A stretch of DNA of 44,356 bases from a virus. Positions within the stretch are counted from its first letter, which is position 1, and each line of letters opens with the position of its first letter. The translations under genes were made by a program, and so were the position numbers. The stretch is from positions 1-44,356 of IMG/VR virus record IMGVR_UViG_3300044466_000065, one strand, 5' to 3'. Shown here piece by piece: positions 7,924 through 16,600 of this stretch. The notes beneath the pieces are model-generated. The model saw only the letters and a list, made by a program, of their open reading frames with translations, was not told the DNA's origin and did no database searches.

Positions 7924-8292
7924 ATGCTGCCGGGCCTGCTCAAGAAGTTCGGCTTATCCAAGGACGGGGGCGTGTCCCCCGTCGAACCCGTTTTACCCCT
8001 TGGCATACGTGATAAGAAGCGCTTCAACGAACTCGATCGCCTGATCGCCGCTGGTTACGGGGAGATCAGTCAAGACAAGATCCCCGACGAGGTGATGATC
8101 GCCGTCGAGGAAGGCAAGCCCGTGCCGCGGCGCCGCCCTGCCAATGAGGCGAATCCCTTCGCCGCGCCGGCCAAGCCGAAGAAGCCGCCGCGCCAGATGA
8201 CCCAGGAGAAGATCGAGCGGCGCCGGTATCTGGCTAAGCAGCGGTATGACTACAGATTTCCCGGAAGGAAGCAATTGAAAGGAACCGAATGA
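7924..8292 (+). CDS. Hypothetical protein
   Basis: 122-aa ORF in tightly packed operon context. Confidence 0.65.
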   Translation: MLPGLLKKFGLSKDGGVSPVEPVLPLGIRDKKRFNELDRLIAAGYGEISQDKIPDEVMIAVEEGKPVPRRRPANEANPFAAPAKPKKPPRQMTQEKIERRRYLAKQRYDYRFPGRKQLKGTE

Positions 8293-8630
8293 TAGAAATC
8301 AACCAGTCATTTAAAGAAGCCAATACCACCATCGGCATGGGACCGGCCACGGTGTTGATCACTCCGCCCATTGGGTCCGGCTACTTTATCGCCCGAGTCC
8401 CGCTGTTCGCCGATCAGGCCATCCAAATCTTTCCAAAGTTCTCGACTGTGGGCTGCGGGTTCGCTCAAGAGGAAGACTGGAATACCAACTTGCCGATCAC
8501 TCTTCCGGCAGAAGAGATTTACCGCCATATCGAGCACAACAAGAAGTACTCCGAAATCACCGAAGATCAGGCAATCGCGGCGATTAAGGAACTGCAGCAG
8601 TGGTGGACAAGCCAGAGGAATAGCGAATGA
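8289..8630 (+). CDS. Hypothetical protein
   Basis: ATGA-coupled 113-aa ORF. Confidence 0.7.
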   Translation: MIEINQSFKEANTTIGMGPATVLITPPIGSGYFIARVPLFADQAIQIFPKFSTVGCGFAQEEDWNTNLPITLPAEEIYRHIEHNKKYSEITEDQAIAAIKELQQWWTSQRNSE

Positions 8631-8830
8631 CGAAGGATCACCTGAACAAAGTGCGCGAGGCCATTGCCTGCCTCGAAGAGGCCGCCAGCTACATCTCGCG
8701 CGATTTCTGCATAGCCAGGAAGCTGCACACCCGCATCCAGGATGCCGGCGACCGGCTGGTCGAGGTGCGGGAGGAGATCCAGATGCGGCTTGAGGCCGAA
8801 GAGAATTTCAAGAAAGCGGTGTCCCGATGA
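8627..8830 (+). CDS. Hypothetical protein
   Basis: ATGA-coupled 67-aa ORF. Confidence 0.65.
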   Translation: MTKDHLNKVREAIACLEEAASYISRDFCIARKLHTRIQDAGDRLVEVREEIQMRLEAEENFKKAVSR

Positions 8831-8964
8831 AACCCATGCGTGTTGTTGCTGTCGGTGAGGACGGTGCCGTCAAGGTGCGACCGCTCACCTGGTCTGAGCG
8901 CCTCGCCTACGGCTTCGGCCATGCCGCGGGCTGGCTGGCCGCCAGGATCTTCAGGCGTGGCTAA
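8827..8964 (+). CDS. Hypothetical protein, 45 aa
   Basis: ATGA-coupled; MKPMRVVAVGEDGAVKVRPLTWSERLAYGFGHAAGWLAARIFRRG; competes with an alternative long start of the next gene. Confidence 0.35.
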   Translation: MKPMRVVAVGEDGAVKVRPLTWSERLAYGFGHAAGWLAARIFRRG

Positions 8965-9304
8965 GATCCCCGCCGCGAAAAGCCCGCATGAGGAAGCCTT
9001 TGCCATCGCCTGGAAGGCCCTCGGCGGGCCGCCGCCCGAGCGCGAGTGGCGCTTTGCCCTCCCCGAAAGGCAGTGGCGCTTCGATTTCTGCTGGCCCAAG
9101 GCAATGGTTGCCGTTGAGATCGACGGTGGTGTCCACGAGGGCAAAAGCCGCGGTAGGCATATGCGCCAGGGCGGCTACGAAAAGGACGCCGAGAAATTGA
9201 ACGAAGCAAATTTCCTGGGCTGGCGCGTGTTCCGGCTGACACCATCCATGATGCAGCCGCTGCTACTCGAGCGCCTCGCCTGGGAGATAAGGCGGTGCCT
9301 GTGA
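8957..9304 (+). CDS. Vsr/DUF559-like (PD-(D/E)xK fold) endonuclease; start uncertain (GTG 8957 or ATG 8921)
   Basis: FDFCWPKAMVAVEIDGGVHEG...DAEKLNEANFLGWRVFRL matches the very-short-patch-repair-like endonuclease core. Confidence 0.6.
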   Translation: MAKIPAAKSPHEEAFAIAWKALGGPPPEREWRFALPERQWRFDFCWPKAMVAVEIDGGVHEGKSRGRHMRQGGYEKDAEKLNEANFLGWRVFRLTPSMMQPLLLERLAWEIRRCL

Positions 9305-9507
9305 GACCCCTCGGCCTAACCCAGCAGGACTACGAGGAGCTTGAAAACCCCAGCCGCGCGGCGGAACCGGTTTCCCCTTTACCGTCCCTCACCTGGGGGG
9401 AAGAGTGTTTGTTTGTAGCAGCTTGCGCCTTCTTCCTCACCCTCATCGCCTTCTTCTACGTTACTGCACTGTTGTGCAGAATGGTCACGGGGAGGTGGCC
9501 GCGATGA
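9295..9507 (+). CDS. Small membrane protein
   Basis: GTG start; TM segment CLFVAACAFFLTLIAFFYVTALLC. Confidence 0.5.
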   Translation: MPVRPLGLTQQDYEELENPSRAAEPVSPLPSLTWGEECLFVAACAFFLTLIAFFYVTALLCRMVTGRWPR

Positions 9508-9686
9508 TCATCCTCAACGTGCTCGAAGAAACCCGCATGCCGGCGCTCGCCTCGCATGCCGATGACGACGGCTCGGTGGTGGTCACCACCTTGGGCAGCC
9601 GGGTGCGCCTCGACCCCCGGAACCTCAAGCTTCAGGTGCTGGTCCGTATCGCATTAAGCCTGGCTTTAGGAAGGCATTCCAAGTAA
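9504..9686 (+). CDS. Hypothetical protein
   Basis: ATGA-coupled 60-aa ORF. Confidence 0.5.
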   Translation: MIILNVLEETRMPALASHADDDGSVVVTTLGSRVRLDPRNLKLQVLVRIALSLALGRHSK

Positions 9687-9695
9687 GCTAGAGCC

Positions 9696-9986
9696 ATGAT
9701 TGACAAGCTAGTCTCCAACGCAGGGGAGAAGATCACGGGGAGACCATGCGAACTATGCCGAAACACCGGCATCGTCTCACTCGTAGGTAGACCGGCGCGC
9801 GTTCGCTTCGAAGATATCTGGAAGTGGCAGGCCCCCTGCGGCTGCCATGCTGGGGACCAGTGGCGGAAGGAAGCGCAGGTCTGCCTCGCGCCGCCGCCGT
9901 GCGAGGTGTGCGGCAGGCTCGCCGAGGTCACCCTCACCACCTACCCGCGCTGCGTGAAGTGCGATCTGGGTCGGCGGTGTTGCTAG
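9696..9986 (+). CDS. Cys-rich hypothetical protein
   Basis: CELC, CGC, CEVC and CVKC cysteine pairs. Confidence 0.6.
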   Translation: MIDKLVSNAGEKITGRPCELCRNTGIVSLVGRPARVRFEDIWKWQAPCGCHAGDQWRKEAQVCLAPPPCEVCGRLAEVTLTTYPRCVKCDLGRRCC

Positions 9987-9993
9987 GCGGCCA

Positions 9994-10176
9994 ATGTCTT
10001 ATACCGATTTGATGGACGCGCGGGACATCATTGAGGTGGCGCTTCTCAAAGTGTATGAAGAGCAGGGATTTACACCTGCCTGGCACACCCTCTCACATGC
10101 CGAGAGTCATATCAGCGGGCAGGCTCGGGAAGCCTTGCGCGGGATCGCATGGAAAGTCGAGCGCCCGGAGCGATGA
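9994..10176 (+). CDS. Hypothetical protein
   Basis: 60-aa ORF. Confidence 0.6.
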   Translation: MSYTDLMDARDIIEVALLKVYEEQGFTPAWHTLSHAESHISGQAREALRGIAWKVERPER

Positions 10177-10370
10177 GGGGAGTGACCTACATCCGCCGCA
10201 ATCCGTTCCGGTTCTCGATCAACGAAGGCGGCTGGGGGTTCGTCCTTTCCCACGGCATGGAGTTCGGCGAAGGCAATGATACCTACGGCTTCTGCTACCC
10301 GCTTTCCTTCCTTGGCATCCATCCCCGCTGGACCTGGCGCGGCTGGTTCAAGAACCTGCGGAAGGTATGA
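10173..10370 (+). CDS. Hypothetical protein
   Basis: ATGA-coupled start (MRGVTYIRRNPF...). Confidence 0.6.
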   Translation: MRGVTYIRRNPFRFSINEGGWGFVLSHGMEFGEGNDTYGFCYPLSFLGIHPRWTWRGWFKNLRKV

Positions 10371-11055
10371 GATGTTGCTTAAGCAGTTAGCCTTGTACGC
10401 TCGCGTCTTCGACGCCGCGCACTTCTTTCTGCCCTCAATTCCTATGCTTCACAGAGGTGCATGGTATATGGCCGGTGCGGCCATGCCTCGCGGGGCGAGG
10501 TTATCTTTGCTGCGCGCTTCGCTTGCTCTGACTGCGCGCTTCGCTTGCCCTGAAACTCGTCGGGCCACTTGCTACCTAAGTAACGAGTGGCCCGATCTGT
10601 CTAGTAGGTGCGCCGTTGAGCGCAGTCCGATCTTAACACATAACCTATGGAGATTCCCGAGCAGACGCACCGGGACCTACCACCCGGTCCCGATCGCGAT
10701 AACCCACGGTTTCATCCGTCGCTTTCCGCAGGTGGCTTCGATCTTGGGTATGCCACCAACCTGTCCGAATTCCTCTGCGCCGGGGAAGAGTTCCTCTCGG
10801 GGATGCACCGGTGCTGGGACTTGGACCCGCACCGTCCGACCATTTCAGGCCGACCGGTCCTTCTGCCGTATCAAAATACGGCGTACACTCCGCAGAGACG
10901 CTTTACGTGGTCTGTTAGGATACACCGGTCGACGCAGGCTATGTCCTGTCATTGACTGTTCCACGCTGATGCTGAGATTTATGCCTCATATCACGGCTGC
11001 GCCTACCAGAGCGCGCCACCTTCCGATGACCTCAGAAGTATACACCTAAACTCGT
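10371..11055 (+). other. 685-bp ORF-poor, hairpin- and repeat-dense segment (candidate structured RNA or replication origin)
   Basis: Only non-protein-like ORFs cover it. Stable local hairpins, an exact 17-nt direct repeat (10510-10526 and 10532-10548) and three ACCGGT-centred palindromes. It is the only large gap in an otherwise overlapping gene array. Confidence 0.5.
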
Positions 11056-11775
11056 ATGCCCAAGCGGAAAATTGTGAGCGACGTTGACGCCTACGACCGC
11101 ATGCCTGCGGCACAGTTCACCGCGCCGCCGCTTAAGCCCAAGCGGAAGAAGCTGAATCCACGCCAGCGCAAGCGCCTTCGCCAACAGTTAAAGGTGGTTC
11201 CCGACCAGTGGTACAAGCGCTACATGAACCACCTCCGCTCCCAGAAGTGGCGGCTGTTCAAGGTCAACATCCTCGCCGAGCGGGGTACGATGTGCGAACG
11301 CTGCGGGAAATTCGGTAAGCAACTGGAGCTACACCACATCAACTATGCGAGGATGGGCCACGAATTACCCGAGGACGTGAAGCTCTATTGCAGAGACTGT
11401 CACACCGACATGCACCGGCACCGGTCGTGGAAGGGCCGAGGCAAAAAACTAATTACGGAGAAGCACATGGCAGAAGAGACTCCGAAATCCCCGGAAAATT
11501 CCGGTGAAGCGAAAGAGCATCTGCACGAGTGGGAGAACCTGGAACCGGGCAAGTGGCGATGCACCATCTGCCAGATAGAGGGCATCGGCCCGGTGAAGTA
11601 CGTGTCGAAGTGCTTGGTCTGCGGGTATCCGGCCGCCCTGCACCTCGGCGGCCCCGACGACCACGGCTACCCCTACGTGCACGTCACGCTCGAGGACGTG
11701 GAGCTTTGGAGAAAAGCGGGCGACTCCGAGCAGGCGATCATGTCGCGCATCGCAGCAAGGGGCATGGCCGAATGA
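11056..11775 (+). CDS. HNH nuclease with Arg/Lys-rich N-terminus and C-terminal zinc ribbon
   Basis: CERCGKFGKQLELHHINYARMGHELPEDVKLYCRDCHTDMH is an HNH motif; N-terminal KPKRKKLNPRQRKRLRQQLK; CTIC...CLVC. Confidence 0.8.
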   Translation: MPKRKIVSDVDAYDRMPAAQFTAPPLKPKRKKLNPRQRKRLRQQLKVVPDQWYKRYMNHLRSQKWRLFKVNILAERGTMCERCGKFGKQLELHHINYARMGHELPEDVKLYCRDCHTDMHRHRSWKGRGKKLITEKHMAEETPKSPENSGEAKEHLHEWENLEPGKWRCTICQIEGIGPVKYVSKCLVCGYPAALHLGGPDDHGYPYVHVTLEDVELWRKAGDSEQAIMSRIAARGMAE

Positions 11776-11966
11776 ACATCGAGCGGGCCTGCTGTACCTG
11801 CCAATGGTGGGATCGGAAGAGCTTCAAGAAAGCGGAGCGCAACACCGGCTGGTGCCGCATCCTTCCGCCGAGGAATAACGGCGGAGACGAATCGTACTGG
11901 GGCTGGCCTCTCACCTACGACGAAGATTGGTGCAGCCGGTATCAGCCGCGCGAGGAGGCGAAGTGA
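11772..11966 (+). CDS. Small Cys/Trp-rich protein (tandem paralog 1)
   Basis: ATGA-coupled; CCTCQWWDRK...GWCRILPP...WCSRYQP. Confidence 0.6.
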   Translation: MNIERACCTCQWWDRKSFKKAERNTGWCRILPPRNNGGDESYWGWPLTYDEDWCSRYQPREEAK

Positions 11967-12160
11967 TGGACAAGATCTGCCGGAACTGCAGCAACTGGTC
12001 AGCTCGCAACACCGACGTCGGAATTTGCACCCTCAACCCGCGGGTCTGGGCCGGTAGCTGGGAGTACCCTGCGCAGTTCGCTATCGACACCTGCAGCCAC
12101 TTCGAGGCAACCACCGTGCTCGCGCCCGTCGCGAAAGGGAAGGGCAAGAGTGCTGCCTGA
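11966..12160 (+). CDS. Small Cys/Trp-rich protein (tandem paralog 2)
   Basis: TGATG coupling; CRNCSNWSAR...GICTLNP...TCSHFE has the same cysteine spacing as the upstream gene. Confidence 0.6.
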   Translation: MDKICRNCSNWSARNTDVGICTLNPRVWAGSWEYPAQFAIDTCSHFEATTVLAPVAKGKGKSAA

Positions 12161-12404
12161 CTGGCTTCTCCTCCTGTGGTGGCAGATCTTCCCGCCGCCC
12201 ATGATCTGGATCAGAGTCGTCTGCCACGGCTACCATGATGGCGAGAACGAAATCCAGATCCGCATCATGCGCCTCAACGTGCGCGGCCCGTTCTCCTCTA
12301 CGCTCGAGCGCATCGTACAGCAGGGCGGCATCATCACGCCGCACCAGTTCGTGCCGCTCGCCAAAGTCTTCACCGTGGAGGAGATCGATGGCCAGGCACT
12401 TTGA
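12150..12404 (+). CDS. Hypothetical protein (start uncertain: GTG 12150 or ATG 12201)
   Basis: ORF bridging neighbours with short overlaps. Confidence 0.45.
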   Translation: MLPDWLLLLWWQIFPPPMIWIRVVCHGYHDGENEIQIRIMRLNVRGPFSSTLERIVQQGGIITPHQFVPLAKVFTVEEIDGQAL

Positions 12405-13602
12405 GAACTGGCTCAAGGCGTACATGAGTTACACCGCGGCGACAGAACCGCCCGCCATTTTCAATTACTGGGTTGGGGTGAGTACCATCGCGGCCGCCTT
12501 GCAGGGGAAGGTGTATCTGGGAATGGGTTTATTCGAGTGGACTCCCACTTCGTACATCATCCTCGTCGGACCCAGCGGCTGCGGCAAGTCGAGCGCCATT
12601 CACTCCGGCATGAACCTGCTGCGCCAGGTGAAGGGAATTCACTTCGGGTCCGACACCCTGACGTGGCAAGCGATGATCGACGAGCTGCTCGCCACCACCG
12701 TCACCCGCGGCAAGGGCACGCAGCGCCGCCACTCCTCGATAACGTATGCCGTCGATGAGCTGGGTACTTTCTTGAACCCACGCGACAACAAGCTGATGTC
12801 GAGTCTCACGAAATTGTGGGGCGGAGACGGCGGGCAGAACTTCTCGAAGTCGACGAGGGGCGAAGGATTGCTGGAGGTGATGCGGCCGCAGCTTAACCTT
12901 CTGGCCGGCGCAACGCCATCCTGGATATCGGAGCATCTGCCCCCCGCGCTGATCGGCGGCGGGTTCACCAGCCGCTGCGTACTCGTGTATGCCGAAGCGA
13001 AGCAGAACCTGGTGGCCTACCCGCGGCGCGCGAGTTTGCAGCAGGGACTCGGCGAGGTGTGGAAGATGGGACCGAAGCTCACCGAGGATCTGGTTGCCAT
13101 CTCGAAACTGCAAGGCGAGTTCACCCTCAGCGAAGAAGCGTATGCGCGCGGCGAATCCTGGTACGAGCAATCATCGAAGCTGCCTCCAGTGGGTCTGCCC
13201 CCAGAACATTTTTCCGGTTATTTAAATAGGCGCCAGGCTCACATGCATAAGCTCGCGATGTCGTTGAGTGCGGCTGAAAACAATTCGCTGATCATCGAGT
13301 CCCGGCATTTGGATGAAGCCATCATGATGCTCGAGACAACGGAGAGAACCATGCCGGTAGCCATCGCCGGTCTCAATGAGGAACTTCGTCCTGCGATCCG
13401 GGTCGAAGAAGTTCTACGCCGGTATGGCTCTGTAAACCAAGTCGATCTCTACGCTCGGTTCAAAAACAAAATGGACTGGCGGACTTTTATACAAATCCTG
13501 AAGCAGCTTGAAGACGCCGGCATGGTTTGCGAAACACACACCGCCACCGGCCGCGCGGTGCGCTGGCTCGGAGCACAACCAAAAGACTCGCTGCCGAGTT
13601 AG
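12388..13602 (+). CDS. DUF3987-like P-loop NTPase (putative replicative helicase or primase-associated)
   Basis: GGAGGAG RBS then ATG 12388 (MARHFENW...); Walker A ILVGPSGCGKSS; VDELG; overall layout typical of DUF3987 phage proteins. Confidence 0.8.
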   Translation: MARHFENWLKAYMSYTAATEPPAIFNYWVGVSTIAAALQGKVYLGMGLFEWTPTSYIILVGPSGCGKSSAIHSGMNLLRQVKGIHFGSDTLTWQAMIDELLATTVTRGKGTQRRHSSITYAVDELGTFLNPRDNKLMSSLTKLWGGDGGQNFSKSTRGEGLLEVMRPQLNLLAGATPSWISEHLPPALIGGGFTSRCVLVYAEAKQNLVAYPRRASLQQGLGEVWKMGPKLTEDLVAISKLQGEFTLSEEAYARGESWYEQSSKLPPVGLPPEHFSGYLNRRQAHMHKLAMSLSAAENNSLIIESRHLDEAIMMLETTERTMPVAIAGLNEELRPAIRVEEVLRRYGSVNQVDLYARFKNKMDWRTFIQILKQLEDAGMVCETHTATGRAVRWLGAQPKDSLPS

Positions 13603-16600
13603 CGCGGCATCGGATACGTGTCAGGGTAGAGACCCTTCAGGCGATCCCGCATGAATTGGCGCTGCCGATGCGGACCGGCAGGCGTGCCGCTCTCCTCGAG
13701 ATTCTGTTTCTTGTCGCGCATCATGAAGCTTCGGTGATACGTCCCCAGAGTGCGCTCGAAACTCTGCGGCAGAATCTTGTTGATCTTGGCGATCTCCTCG
13801 TGGACTAGCGCCCGTTCCTCCGGGTTGCCCGTCCGGCTATAGGCGGCATTATATTTGCGCTGCATCCCGTCGAGCAGCCCGTTGTAGTAGATCGACAATT
13901 CCGCATTGGCATACTGCTGCTCCTGCGCCTTGGCCGCGCGGCCGGACCGGGCACCGAGCGCCACGCCCACCACCTCGGCGACATGCGAGGGATTGGATGT
14001 GTCGATGCCGACGACCTTCTCGCCGCTGGCGCTGCTGATCTGCTTGTCGCGCAAGGTTTCCCTCGCCCGCTCCGCTCTCGCCATCCAAGCCGGCACGAGC
14101 GCCTTGAAGACTTGCTCCGACACCGGGCCGCCTTCGACGGCAGCCTTCATGGCAGTCATGAGTTGGCCGCCCCACGGGCCACCCACTTCCTCGCCTATAT
14201 TCCAGAACCCTGTCTTGGCGTTCATCCTGCCGCCGAACATCTTGATGACCTCGTCTACGCCCGGGATGGGATCCGCCTGGCTGAAGGCGTCTTTCAAATC
14301 GTACGGGCCGATCTTGCTATTCGCACCGTTGATGGCATAGTCGGCCACTTCCTCACTCGTGGACCGGGCGATCAGTTCTCGGACCGTCTGCTGGATGTCG
14401 AGGTAGGGATCCTTCGTACCCATCCACTTCCGGAACCAGGTGCCGAGCGCATTGATCAGAGCCATGAGGGGTGCGGCTCCCAAGAAACCCCGGAGGCCGC
14501 CGAGAAATAACTGCGTGATGAATAACTTCTTCTTGGCCTGGCTCTGCGTCTGAAGCCAGATGTTATTCATCAGGAAACTTTTGAAGATGAGCGGTATCGC
14601 CAGCCCGCGCTGGAGCATGGAACGGTTCGAAGGCTCATGGCTCCCCTGCGCCTTGAGCACCACATCCCTGGCTGCCATGTAGGGATCGGGGTGGCCTTGC
14701 TTGGCGAAGGCCCGGGAGCCAGCCAGGAGACCGACACGCCGGGTCCACTCCTCGCTCCACTGGTGGCCGGCCAGACTCCATTCGCCGAACGTCTTGAAGA
14801 GCTTGTCTATCCCCCGGCCCACGCCCTGCACGTCGGTTCCCCCCTCCTTGCCGAAGCCGAGGGGATGGAGGCCGAAGATGCCGGTGAGTCCCTGCTCGAA
14901 GGTGGAGATGTTGGCGAGGCCGGCGATCTGGTGGGCGTTGCTGTCGCCGGTCAGCCCTTCGCCCCGGCCCCGTTGCAGCACTGCCCAGTCCTCTTCGGAG
15001 AGGCCACCGGTGTAGTTCTCCTGGTAGGTTTCGTACTCGCCGCCACCGCGCAGCTTCATCCGCACCTTGTGGCTAGTCCGGTCATAGGCCCGCTTGGTGT
15101 AGACCTTGGTCACATCATGCATCGCCCGCGTGATTTCCCAAGCGGCTCTGGGCATGCCGACCTCGGCCGACAACACCTGAGCGACGTTGAGCACCTGGAC
15201 GAAGTTCTGGTAGATCTGCACGGGACCGAAGCCGAGGAACCAGGTAGCGGCGGCGCCGACGATCGAGTTGTTCTGCACCTTCGGATTGAGAAGGGCGGTC
15301 TTGGTGTCCTTCATCAGGTCGGTCAGGCGGTTGACGTGCGAGGTGTCGACGATGACGTTGCTGCCGCTCACCATCTCGTTGCGCCACTTTTCCGCATCGA
15401 GTACGGACTGCTCGAGGTTCCCGCGCTGCTCCGTCCGCCCGATGTGATTGGCAATCGAGGAGACGTAGGCGGAGAAGGCGCGCTGCGCGTCCCGGCTGAA
15501 GCCCTTGGTTCCCTTGCGGCGGTTCAGGCGGGAGAAGAAGGAGCGCTGGTTCATCGAGGCCGCGATGATCTGGTCGAACGCCGCTTCGAACGTGGCACGC
15601 TGCTCGGCGGTCAGGTTGAGATCCGCCGCGAGTTTGCCGGCCAGTTTCCTGGTGACGGCAGGCGGAAGATACCCGGCATCCCGCGCCTCGGCGGTGGTAT
15701 TCTCCATGATCCTGATGCCGCCGGGTTCGATGGTAATCCCTTCGTCCCGGTAGCGCTCCTCCATAGCCCTGGCCGCATCCTTGGCGGCGTGCTCGGTCGG
15801 GAGGTGCTCGACCTGATCGACTTGCAGTTTGCCGTTGGCATCGCGCCTCTTGGCTACGACCATCCACTGGCCGAAGCGATCCAGAGGAAAATAGTTTCCG
15901 CGCATCTTCTCGTCGAACTGCGCGTTGATCTCGGCGGTGGCTTTGGCAAGTGCATCCGGGTCGGAGATCTCGCGCTGGAGTTCGGAGATCGTCGCCTGCC
16001 GCAGCGCTTCCCAGGAGTCATGGAAGAACTGCTGGATCTGGTGGTAGACCTCGTAGCCCTTTTCGCTGACGCCGTAGAGGTCGCCGGTACGGGCCAGTTC
16101 CTCGGGAGAGAGCTTGCGTTGAAACGTGTCGCTCGCCTTGGTGGCGGCAAAGGCCAGATCGCTGACGGCTTGCGCCTGCTCCGATCCGAGATTGCGCCAT
16201 GCCTTGGCGATCTCCCCGCCCCGGTCCTTCCACCGGAAGACTTCTATCTCCAGCCGGTCCTTGGCCTTGAGCATCGCCTGGATGGGAGCGAAGTCCTTGA
16301 ATTTCCAGGCCGCCCAGCGGAACTGGGTGAGGAGGCGCTGCAACCTTCCGAAGCTTTTGACCGAATCTTTGAAGCGGTCTGCGGGAGGAAGGTTCGGGTT
16401 GGTGGCATCGGGCATCGCGCCCAACGGAGGCAGCGGGGGCGGTTCCACCCGGGCCTGACCCGGCAGTGGGGGAGGCTGCCCGGAAACCTGCGCTGGCTGG
16501 CCCTGTAGCGAGCCGGTGGGCTGGGTGGCTGTGACGGACGCCGGACGGGCAGCGGGCGCTCCTGGGCTAACTGGCGGTGCAGCAGAGGGCATCAGCCGAG

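Noticed and set aside
10510-10548. 17-nt direct repeat as a mini CRISPR array
   Set aside because: Only two copies are present, separated by a 5-nt spacer. There are no cas genes, and the geometry does not fit a CRISPR array.
10276-11049. 257-aa + strand ORF (and nested 10647..10955) as a protein-coding gene
   Set aside because: It starts inside the preceding gene's frame context and has no RBS at the internal ATG 10372. It is Arg/Ser/Cys/Pro/Thr-rich with very few acidic or Lys residues, unlike every confident protein here. I treat it as non-coding (see finding).
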